Source: Candidatus Cloacimonadota bacterium
Lineage (GTDB): Bacteria; Cloacimonadota; Cloacimonadia; Cloacimonadales; WRIO01
Direction: 5' to 3'
Length of the DNA stretch: 36,338 bases
Assembly (NCBI GenBank): GCA_029564175.1
Contig: JAKQQL010000067.1
Span: 1-36,338 of the forward strand
The notes beneath the pieces were generated by a model, which had not been told where the DNA came from, ran no database searches, and saw nothing but the letters and a program-made list of their open reading frames with translations. Shown here one piece after another: positions 1 to 8,003 of the stretch. Position numbers and translations under genes: made by a program. Positions within the stretch are counted from its first letter, which is position 1, and the number at the start of each line of letters is the position of its first letter.

Positions 1-871
1 TCGTATCCATCGCGGTGGCTCCACCGGTACCTATCGGTGCCAAATGCCCGAATAGTTTGACGAGTAAAGGAGCAAACAGAATCGTCAGTAATTCTCTTAA
101 CAGATTTGCAAACAAGGCAATAATGCCAACAATTTCACCCAGATTCTGCGTACAGATAATTGCGGATATACTGTAATACCCCATACCTGAGCATACTGCC
201 ATCGCCTGAGTAGTATCTATTCTATGTATCAGTAAACTAACGAAAAAGCCGGAGAGTATAGAACCCAACATGGCTGCTATTGGTATCAAAATAACAAAAA
301 CATGATATTTTTTGATTAAATCAATAATGTTAAGCTTACCGATTCCGATACCGGTAAAAAAGATCAGCAGATACAATGACCAGTTGATTGAAACATCAAT
401 CCAATCAGCTTTTTTGTCAAAAAAGAAGTAAGAGATGATAAATCCAAGAAGAAAAGATATCAGCGGATAAAACATATCGGAACTGAGATGCTTTTCTATC
501 TTTTCAGGCTGAGATTCAATTGACACAGGCTTACTATCAGATTTAGTGTTCATATTTGGATTATCATTACTTTTTAACTCAAGATAAGACCAAAGTAATT
601 TTCGATGTCGGTTCAGATATTTGTTAACAGGAATCAAGGCAATGACACTGCCCAACATCCCTGAAATACAAAGAATGACAGAAACAGCACCCACCTCCTT
701 AAAACGGGTAAAGAGTTCCTCTTTTTGAGCAGTTGATATCCCCATGAAAAACAGTAAAAAGTAAACAGATACGGTAGATAAGAAATTAGATACTGAAAAT
801 AATATTTTCTTAGATTTAAACAGGTATCCAATCATGATACCAATGATAATAGACAGAAAAATAATGAGCAT
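1..871 (-). CDS. LysO/YbjE (DUF340) family lysine exporter-like membrane protein, 3' end runs off the window
   Basis: Not in the ORF track because it has no stop in the window. Hand translation from ATG at 871 (RBS GGAG upstream) gives MLIIFLSIIIGIMIGYLF... open to the window edge, multi-TM, with SGMGYYS, ANLLRE and GGATAMDT motifs typical of the LysO family. Confidence 0.85.
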   Translation of the reverse strand, partial: MLIIFLSIIIGIMIGYLFKSKKILFSVSNFLSTVSVYFLLFFMGISTAQKEELFTRFKEVGAVSVILCISGMLGSVIALIPVNKYLNRHRKLLWSYLELKSNDNPNMNTKSDSKPVSIESQPEKIEKHLSSDMFYPLISFLLGFIISYFFFDKKADWIDVSINWSLYLLIFFTGIGIGKLNIIDLIKKYHVFVILIPIAAMLGSILSGFFVSLLIHRIDTTQAMAVCSGMGYYSISAIICTQNLGEIVGIIALFANLLRELLTILFAPLLVKLFGHLAPIGTGGATAMDT

Positions 872-894
872 AATGACTCCTGTCAAATATTTTC

Positions 895-980
895 TTCACA
901 AGCCGGTAGCTTGCGTACAACGATTCACAAGCTGGTAGCTTGCGGTACAACGATTCACAAGCTGGTAGCTTGCGGTACAA
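895..980. repeat. Three tandem ~30-bp REP-like palindromic units (TTCACAAGCTGGTAGCTTGCGGTACAACGA)
   Basis: Units at 895-923, 924-953 and 954-980, each with the hairpin CACAAGCT-GGT-AGCTTGCG (one mismatch in unit 1). Same family as the type B units at 2635-2794. Confidence 0.9.
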
Positions 981-1094
981 TCCTTATTGAAACATCCCTG
1001 TTTTGACACCGTTTTTCTCGTAAAGATCGGTAGAGTACGCAATGATGATAAATAATCTGAGAACACAATGTACTCGTTGAGAAGTCTGCTTAGA

Positions 1095-2483
1095 CTATTC
1101 CTTTATCTTCCAGATCGTGCCTGTTGGCGTATCTTGAAGTTCGATACCAATCGCTGTCAGATCATTTCTGATCTTGTCAGAAAAGGCATAGTTTTTATCT
1201 TTTTTGGCTTGAGTTCTGTATTCAATCAGCAGTTCAATCAGCTTTTCAGCATGCTGATCCATTGAAGTATTCAGTTTTTCAGCAAGATTGGAGAAAAATC
1301 CCAATATCTGACCTAACTCAAGTAAAACCACTGCAGCAGCCTGTTTTTTCTCAAGAGTATTTTGCTGATTCTTGATTTCGCGAGTCAGATCAAAGAATAA
1401 GGCCATCGCCTTAGCTGTATTGAAATCATCATCCATCGCTTCTTTGAAAGCATTGATAGTCTCTGCAAATAGCGATTTATCAACAGATTCAGTTTTAATA
1501 TTGAGAATATCAATATCTTTAAAAGCAGAGTAAAATCTGTTCAAAGCAGTTTTAGATTCGATAATAATCTCTTCGTTAAAGTCAATCGGGCTGCGATAAT
1601 GTTTGGATAAGAAGAAGAAACGAATCACTTCCGGATCATACTTTTTCATAATGTCTCTGGTTGTAAAAAAGTTATTGAGACTTTTTGACATTTTATTACC
1701 ATCGATATTGAGAAAACCATTGTGCATCCAGTAGTTAGCAAGCGGTTTACCGGTTAATGCTTCTGCCTGAGCAATCTCATTTTCGTGATGAGGAAATACG
1801 AGATCAACCCCTCCCCCATGTATGTCAAAGGTTTCGCCCAATAATTTTCTGGACATAACTACACATTCGGTATGCCAGCCCGGGCGACCTGCTCCCCAGG
1901 GGCTATCCCATTTGGGCTCGCCTTCTTTGGCTTTTTTCCAAAGTGTAAAGTCTGCCGGATTTTTCTTCTGTGTATTGGCTTCCACACGCGCACCAGCCTT
2001 GAGATCTTCCAGATTTTTACCGGATAACTTTCCATAAGCATTCACCGATTCAACTGCAAAATAGACATCGCCGTTTGATTCATAAGCACGGCCTTTTTGA
2101 ACCAGTTCATCTATCAAAGCAATCATTTCAGCAATATATTCGGTCGCTTTTGGATTATAATCAGCATAGTTGACATTTAACAATTTAAGATCATCAAAAA
2201 AAGCATCTGTATATCTTTTGGCAATCTCATGAAAAGTAGAATTTTCCTGATTTGCCTGATCAATAATTTTGTCATCAATATCCGTGATATTCTGAACATA
2301 AGTCACTTCATATCCTAAATATTTAAAATATCTTCTGACCACATCAAAAAATAAGAAAGGGCGGGCATTTCCAATATGGAAATAATTATAAACGGTTGGT
2401 CCGCAGGCATACATATTAATCTTGCCTTCTGTTACAGGTTTAAACTCATCTTTTTGTCTGGTCATGGTATTGTATATTTTCAT
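1095..2483 (-). CDS. cysS: Cysteine--tRNA ligase
   Basis: CGPTVY, HIGN, GRPGWHTEC, FPHHENE and KMSKS motifs; 462 aa. Confidence 0.98.
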   Translation of the reverse strand: MKIYNTMTRQKDEFKPVTEGKINMYACGPTVYNYFHIGNARPFLFFDVVRRYFKYLGYEVTYVQNITDIDDKIIDQANQENSTFHEIAKRYTDAFFDDLKLLNVNYADYNPKATEYIAEMIALIDELVQKGRAYESNGDVYFAVESVNAYGKLSGKNLEDLKAGARVEANTQKKNPADFTLWKKAKEGEPKWDSPWGAGRPGWHTECVVMSRKLLGETFDIHGGGVDLVFPHHENEIAQAEALTGKPLANYWMHNGFLNIDGNKMSKSLNNFFTTRDIMKKYDPEVIRFFFLSKHYRSPIDFNEEIIIESKTALNRFYSAFKDIDILNIKTESVDKSLFAETINAFKEAMDDDFNTAKAMALFFDLTREIKNQQNTLEKKQAAAVVLLELGQILGFFSNLAEKLNTSMDQHAEKLIELLIEYRTQAKKDKNYAFSDKIRNDLTAIGIELQDTPTGTIWKIKE

Positions 2484-2534
2484 GGTCTCTCCTTATAATT
2501 ATCTGTTCTACAAATATCTTGTTCGTAGTATCTT

Positions 2535-2794
2535 AGCAAGCAGTTGTAGGACAAGCAACCTGCTTGTCAAAATCACTCTATTTTCGCAAGCTGTTGTAGG
2601 ACAAGCAACCTGCTTGTTAAAATCACTCTATCTACACAAGCTGGTAGCTTGCGTTACAACTTCGCAAGCTGTTGTAGAACAAGCAACCTGCTTGTCAAAT
2701 TCACTCTATTTTCGCAAGCTGGTAGCTTGCGTTACAACTACACAAGCTGGTAGCTTGCGTTACAACTACACAAGCTGGTAGCTTGCGTTACAAC
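2535..2794. repeat. BIME/REPIN-like mosaic of two inverted REP variants
   Basis: Type A GTTGTAGGACAAGCAACCTGCTTGTC at 2543, 2593 and 2671. Type B (opposite orientation) CACAAGCTGGTAGCTTGCGTTACAAC at 2635, 2713, 2741 and 2769. A conserved AA(A/T)TCACTCTAT linker follows each A unit. Confidence 0.9.
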
Positions 2795-3324
2795 TTTTCA
2801 AAAAAAGTAATGACTGTTTTTCCATTTCGCTTTTGTTTGTTAATAAATGGTTTAAATTCTTCATTGATCTTTTCTTCGATACTGTGCTCCATCACTATAA
2901 TCCCTTCGTCATTCAGCAAATCTCTTTCAAAAATGCTTTTCAGAATAGGATTTACACAATTTTTACTGTATGGCGGATCAACTAATATCAAATCAAATCT
3001 ACGCTCTGTTTTCTTTAAATACAGTTCGACCTTCATTTTCTGTAACTGGATTTTGTCTTTACAATCGAGTTTTTGAGCATTATGTAAAATGGCTTTAACC
3101 GCTTTTTCACTCATATCCACCAGGCATGCATCTTTAGCACCTCTGGATATTGCTTCAAAAGCCAATGCGCCACTACCAGCAAACAAGTCTAAGACACTCA
3201 TTTCTTCCACATCAAAGAGTGTTGAGAAAATCAGTTCACGATTGAAACTGGTGGTTGGACGAGTTGAATTGCCGGCAATGCTGACAATTTCACGTCCTTT
3301 ATAAGTACCTGCGATAATTCTCAT
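2788..3324 (-). CDS. rsmD: 16S rRNA (guanine(966)-N2)-methyltransferase
   Basis: MRIIAGTYKGR, TRPT, VLDLFAGSGAL, EAISRGA and DPPY motifs. Confidence 0.95.
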   Translation of the reverse strand: MRIIAGTYKGREIVSIAGNSTRPTTSFNRELIFSTLFDVEEMSVLDLFAGSGALAFEAISRGAKDACLVDMSEKAVKAILHNAQKLDCKDKIQLQKMKVELYLKKTERRFDLILVDPPYSKNCVNPILKSIFERDLLNDEGIIVMEHSIEEKINEEFKPFINKQKRNGKTVITFFEKL

Positions 3325-3327
3325 ATT

Positions 3328-4218
3328 TTATAAAGTAAGCGCCAGTTCTGAAAATGAAATAAACAGTCTGGTCTGGCTAGCCAGTTCATTTTTAAACAGA
3401 GTATACTTTTCTGTATCATAGTCAGCAAACTCAAAGCAATTCCAAATAGTTTCAGAAAGGACTTCATTATCCAGTTCAGAGATAGTGGTCACATCAAACA
3501 TATTGGCAAAATAATCAGCCATGTTGATAATCCGAGCATATTGTTGAACTAAGGGATCTTCAATGGCAGATGGTTCATGATGATAACGAACAGTTTCAAC
3601 CATTATTTCTGGTAAATTCCAATGTTTTAACAATTCAGCACCTTCTTGTGCATGAGTGGTATGGATGATGATTTTTTCCAGTTCGATAAATGGTTCATGA
3701 GCTTCACTCGCTTTATTCTTTATTAACTGAAAAACATCTGGATTGATCTGATCGAACAAAATATAGCCAATATCATGAAAAAGACCAGACAAGTAAATCA
3801 TCGTTCTTTGTTCTTCAGCAAAATCATTATGATTTTTCAGGTATTGAGTCAGTCTTCTGGAAAGAAAAGCAACAGCCAGATTATGCTTCCAATAATGTTC
3901 GATATTGATATTTTTGAGTTTAAAGCGTTTCAGCATATTCGATACAAACAAGGTCATGGCAATCGTCTTAACGTCAATACGACCCAATCTGGTAACCGCC
4001 AGACTAATGTCTGTAATTTGAGTTGTTCCGCCAAACAATGCACTGTTAGCAATTGATAATATTTTAGCTGATATGGAAGAGTCCAATGAGATAATCTTCG
4101 CAATCTCCTTATTTGAGATTGAGTTGTCGTTTAACACTTCCAGCAGTTTATTAAGAACTGTTGGCATTGAGGGCAAATACTCCACATTCTCTAGTTTAAT
4201 TTGATAAAATTCAACCAT
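3328..4218 (-). CDS. Stand-alone HDOD domain protein
   Basis: LPSMP, ILSIANSALF, AVTRLG, YWKH, GLFHDIG, HWNLP and HHEP motifs. Confidence 0.9.
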   Translation of the reverse strand: MVEFYQIKLENVEYLPSMPTVLNKLLEVLNDNSISNKEIAKIISLDSSISAKILSIANSALFGGTTQITDISLAVTRLGRIDVKTIAMTLFVSNMLKRFKLKNINIEHYWKHNLAVAFLSRRLTQYLKNHNDFAEEQRTMIYLSGLFHDIGYILFDQINPDVFQLIKNKASEAHEPFIELEKIIIHTTHAQEGAELLKHWNLPEIMVETVRYHHEPSAIEDPLVQQYARIINMADYFANMFDVTTISELDNEVLSETIWNCFEFADYDTEKYTLFKNELASQTRLFISFSELALTL

Positions 4219-4390
4219 GATTTTCCTTTCAGCTCATCTTCTTAAATTTAAATTTAAATTCCAGTTGTTTCGGTTTTTTTTTGTAGTTTGGACATGAGAT
4301 TAAAACTGCCTTATAGGGTTGTTTACACTCTTTCACACAGGTTTCACATAATTTATTATATTCTTTATCTTTAGCAGACATAGATTTTCC

Positions 4391-5005
4391 TTAAGATTTT
4401 TTAATTTTGTCAAATATTTTTAATAAATCACTCAGCGTCAAATCAGCTACTTTTTTATCTGATCCAAAGGTTTTGTTTAGATACATACAGAAATCAGAAA
4501 TACTTAATGCATTTGATTTGCTTTCATTAATTGAGTCTAATACACTTAAATCTGAAAAATGGTTTTCAACACTATCATCAGTTTCAGGGAGCCCTGTAGT
4601 AAATTCTTCGAATGGGGGAAGATCTGTCGGATTATAAATCTCTTCGATCTCCTCAGCCTCACTCATGTCATATTCATCTTCTTCAAATTCTTCTTCTACA
4701 AATTCAGTTTCTTCAACCTCATCCTTGAGAGATTTCTGATAATCTAGATAGTTTTCATCAGGCAGAATCTTAAAAAGGGCTTTGTCTTCAGGAGTGAAAA
4801 TGCTTTCAATTATCGCATGATACTGCATATTTGGATCAATAAATATTTTACTCTTACTTTTATCCATTCTCTCCAATATGCTTTCATCTGCATTGTTTTC
4901 ATAAATTTTTTTGTAAATCATATAGGCATCAAAATACTGCTGTTGAGCCTCATAAAGTTGAGCAAGCGTTATCGTGGGCGGTATTTTGTTATTGCTTTTG
5001 TTCAT
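4391..5005 (-). CDS. Hypothetical protein with N-terminal TPR-like helix and acidic region
   Basis: TITLAQLYEAQ..AYMIYKKI is a TPR-like motif and the centre is E/D-rich. ATG at 5005 has a GGAG RBS and overlaps the end of the upstream ComEA-like gene. Confidence 0.7.
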   Translation of the reverse strand: MNKSNNKIPPTITLAQLYEAQQQYFDAYMIYKKIYENNADESILERMDKSKSKIFIDPNMQYHAIIESIFTPEDKALFKILPDENYLDYQKSLKDEVEETEFVEEEFEEDEYDMSEAEEIEEIYNPTDLPPFEEFTTGLPETDDSVENHFSDLSVLDSINESKSNALSISDFCMYLNKTFGSDKKVADLTLSDLLKIFDKIKKS

Positions 5006-5882
5006 CAGATTCTCCAAGGTAAATATAAGGTTTCAGATTCTCCAGATTCTTTTTGCCAATACCCTTTATATTGAGTAAGTCATCTAAGGATTTGAATGAT
5101 CCGTTTTTTATACGATAATCAATAATGGCTTCTGCTTTTTTGGTACCAATACCCTTAAGCGTACACAATTCCGTTATATTGGCTGAATTGATATTAATCT
5201 TTTCTATATCAGAGGATATTTGGGGATGGCTCGTTGTCGATGATCGGGTATCCCCTGCAATAAATGCAGAAGCTTTTATGTTTTCAAGAAGTTTAGGTCC
5301 AATTCCTTTAACATTTAATAAATCATCCAGACTCTGAATTTGATTTGTTGAACGATATTGAATAATTGCCTGGGCTTTTTTCTTGCCAATGCCCTTTATC
5401 TGCATTAACTCATCGATATCAGCTATTAAAATATTCATTTTAGCGGATGATTGAACACTTTTTTGATTGTTTTGATATTCCGAATCAGCATACACTTTCT
5501 GTTGGTTAATAACAACATAAAAATAAGGACTTAATGACTTTAGAGTCTTTTCTCCAATCCCTTTGATTTCCATTAAGTCTTCCACTTTTTTAAAAGAATC
5601 TGACTTTTGATAATCCAATATTGCCTGAGCTTTTTTGGGTCCGATACCCTTAACGCTGATTAATTCCTGGTAAGTAACTTTATTTAAATCATAAGATTGT
5701 ATAAAATCAGTTTGAATCTCTTGCTTGAGAGCCTGAACTTCCTGCTTAACCGATTTATCGGCATACGCAAATTGAATCTGTGCCAGAAACAAGCCTAAAA
5801 GAAAAAAAGAAAGAAAATAGAAAAGAAGCTTTTGCTCTGATTCAGTTAAAAAATTATGTATCCATTTTTCGACTTTTATCAA
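4989..5882 (-). CDS. comEA: ComEA-family DNA-binding protein with three helix-hairpin-helix modules
   Basis: N-terminal TM segment, then three modules of the form (I/L)N.A...EL..(V/I/L)KGIG.KKA.AI..Y......DL...KGIG. Start codon uncertain (TTG). Confidence 0.85.
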   Translation of the reverse strand: MIKVEKWIHNFLTESEQKLLFYFLSFFLLGLFLAQIQFAYADKSVKQEVQALKQEIQTDFIQSYDLNKVTYQELISVKGIGPKKAQAILDYQKSDSFKKVEDLMEIKGIGEKTLKSLSPYFYVVINQQKVYADSEYQNNQKSVQSSAKMNILIADIDELMQIKGIGKKKAQAIIQYRSTNQIQSLDDLLNVKGIGPKLLENIKASAFIAGDTRSSTTSHPQISSDIEKININSANITELCTLKGIGTKKAEAIIDYRIKNGSFKSLDDLLNIKGIGKKNLENLKPYIYLGESDEQKQ

Positions 5883-6176
5883 GATTATTCAAAACTCCTT
5901 TCATTTCATATAATTACCTTATTATTAACTGAATTTTATCATATTCATCAAGGACTTTCTGTCAATCTTTTTTTAACTGAAAATCATTTTTTTGTAAAAG
6001 GAACTCATTTCTAACCGCTTTCATTCAGCTTTGCTTCGCTTTAGGCAGTTTAAAATAATCAATAATATGCAGATGATATGCAAAATGATAAAAAGAGATT
6101 TTCTACAGGATTGATATGATATTTATATTTGCTTTTATAGTTTTTTATATTATATTATAATGATAAAGGAGAAGAA

Positions 6177-6761
6177 ATGAAGGTATTTTTTAATCAAAAG
6201 AAACATGATTACCCCAAAAAGATCAACGATGTTAATCTGGCATGGTATCAACAGGGTCGTATTTGCATCATGAGAAATCTGAGACCTCACATTATGCAGG
6301 AACAGAATAACAAAATCAAAATCGTTAACAAGGTAAGCAGACAATTGTGGGATGTTATAAGCAAATCGTTTAAAAAAGACCTGGCACTCTATGCACTCGC
6401 CTACAAAAAAACTTATCCAGGTCTCAGAAAAAGAGGTATATCATCCTATGGGATTATGTTAATGCTTGTCCATGGACTGATTAAACGATTCTCCCTTCAA
6501 TCTTTATCTGAAGTGTCATTGTACGAAACAGTCCTAAAGTTAATAAGCCATTTAACTGTTTATAAATCAGTTAAACTCTATTTATTAAGAAAATTAGTAT
6601 CAATACATTCTTTAAACCATACTGCTATAGATGTTTCTGATAGTAATACAATCCCTTTTCAAGATGATATGACTGATAATATCCAAACTGTTAATCTGTC
6701 TGTTGTAAAAATTCTGTTTCATGCAAAAAGGCTTACAATAAGAGAAAGTCATATTCCGTAA
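6177..6761 (+). CDS. Hypothetical basic protein, 194 aa
   Basis: Open frame with AAGGAG RBS directly upstream; Lys/Arg-rich; no recognisable catalytic motif. Confidence 0.7.
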   Translation: MKVFFNQKKHDYPKKINDVNLAWYQQGRICIMRNLRPHIMQEQNNKIKIVNKVSRQLWDVISKSFKKDLALYALAYKKTYPGLRKRGISSYGIMLMLVHGLIKRFSLQSLSEVSLYETVLKLISHLTVYKSVKLYLLRKLVSIHSLNHTAIDVSDSNTIPFQDDMTDNIQTVNLSVVKILFHAKRLTIRESHIP

Positions 6762-6942
6762 ATCCAGATCAGTAGTGAAACGATTAATCGCTTCTGAACG
6801 GTATTTTATAAGATCTTGCGAATTTACGGGACTGCGCTTCGTAATTCCTACAGCTGCTTTTTCATTTTATCATTTATTACCGGTTTTTAAAAAACAACCT
6901 GCAACTGAGTAGTTATATTTTTTTTAATCTTTAGAAAAAATA

Positions 6943-6971
6943 TTGACAGTTTTTATTTGTAGAGATATTTT
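6943..6971 (+). promoter_or_regulatory. Putative sigma70-type promoter for the 7001-11908 unit
   Basis: TTGACA (6943-6948), 17-nt spacer, TATTTT (6966-6971), with an AT-rich upstream tract. Confidence 0.55.
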
Positions 6972-7000
6972 TGACACAAAATACATATTATGGAGGAATG

Positions 7001-7948
7001 ATGTTAGAGAATCAAAAGGGAATGATCAAGAAAAAGGTGATAATCTTATCTCTTTTAATTGTTGTTTTGATTGGTGGAACACTCTATTTTTCAGGAATTT
7101 ATCCTGCACCTGATCCAAAACTGACTGTTGGTTCCATAGGTGGCGCTGAAAGGGCAGAACGCTACAGAAATTCAGAAACTGGACAGATTGAATTAGACAA
7201 AAATGAAATCAATATGTTTTTTCAGTCTGCTGAATGGCAAAACATCTCCAAAGATCCTAAGCTTCTTGCAATGTTTACCAATAAAGAGATGATGCAGTTT
7301 TTATCTCAGGTTAATGGCGTCAAACAATTTATTGGCATGTATAACAGTCTTGAGAATTATGCACAGGCAAAGAATATCTTTTCCCAAATTGAATTAAATT
7401 CAGTAAATCTCGAAAAACTGTCTGAATGGATCAATACCTTACCGGTAGAACAAGGTATTTTTATCACTAATTTACAACAAAACGGACAGTTGGATAACTT
7501 ATTAAAAGCTTATGCTTTAGTACATTCATGGAACTTATCCGGAAGTCAAAAACTTGAATCACTTTTTAATCTTGCATGCCTTTGGTCTTTCAGAGCAAAT
7601 GATGCAGCTCAGTTTTCTTCAAAAGAAATAGATGTGTTTAAAGCAGGTTTTACTTCTGTTATTTTAAACTCAGAGACAGGTATGAATTTAGTAAATCTCG
7701 TAAACTCTAATAATTTTAACAGCCAGTTGATTAAAGCAATGTATTTTAATAAGGATGCATTGAGTGGTGTTACTTCATTAAATCAGGATTTAACCGGCTT
7801 TGTAATTAATAATTCAGAAATACAACACAGTATATCAGAATGGATTAATAACACAGATATTTCAAATATTATTAACAGCAATATGTTTAGTCGTTTTATG
7901 GCCGCAAATCAGGATTTTAATGTTCTGTTAGAGGCAATCAGATATTAA
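7001..7948 (+). CDS. Membrane-anchored/secreted hypothetical protein with degenerate Asn-rich ~10-aa repeats
   Basis: GGAGG at 6992-6996 favours ATG 7001 over the track's TTG 6971. KKK plus a hydrophobic helix, then YPAP..GSIGGAERAERYR, then a repetitive C-terminal half. Confidence 0.85.
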   Translation: MLENQKGMIKKKVIILSLLIVVLIGGTLYFSGIYPAPDPKLTVGSIGGAERAERYRNSETGQIELDKNEINMFFQSAEWQNISKDPKLLAMFTNKEMMQFLSQVNGVKQFIGMYNSLENYAQAKNIFSQIELNSVNLEKLSEWINTLPVEQGIFITNLQQNGQLDNLLKAYALVHSWNLSGSQKLESLFNLACLWSFRANDAAQFSSKEIDVFKAGFTSVILNSETGMNLVNLVNSNNFNSQLIKAMYFNKDALSGVTSLNQDLTGFVINNSEIQHSISEWINNTDISNIINSNMFSRFMAANQDFNVLLEAIRY

Positions 7949-7958
7949 TACCAAGCAG

Positions 7959-7986
7959 ACCGGCATCATTCTGATGCCGGTTTTTT
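7959..7986 (+). terminator. Intrinsic terminator inside the operon
   Basis: ACCGGCATCA-TTC-TGATGCCGGT perfect 10-bp stem followed by a T run. Confidence 0.85.
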
Positions 7987-8003
7987 AATCTTAAAGGAAA
8001 ATA

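Noticed and set aside
634..831. 65-aa minus-strand ORF in the track
   Set aside because: Alternative frame inside the LysO-family gene that starts at 871.
2422..2781. 119-aa plus-strand ORF across the repeat cluster
   Set aside because: It overlaps the cysS start antisense, and its repetitive peptide simply mirrors the DNA repeats.
895..2794. Palindromic ~28-30 bp repeats as a CRISPR array
   Set aside because: Units are directly tandem or separated by identical linkers, occur in both orientations, have no unique spacers, and there are no cas genes.
6001..6130. Short direct repeats (ATATGCA) upstream of ORF 6177
   Set aside because: Too short and AT-rich to distinguish from chance.
7001..7948. 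Gene as an anti-sigma factor (classical PrsW substrate) or type IV pilin
   Set aside because: There is no cytoplasmic domain or neighbouring ECF sigma, and no G/FxxxE prepilin motif before the hydrophobic helix.
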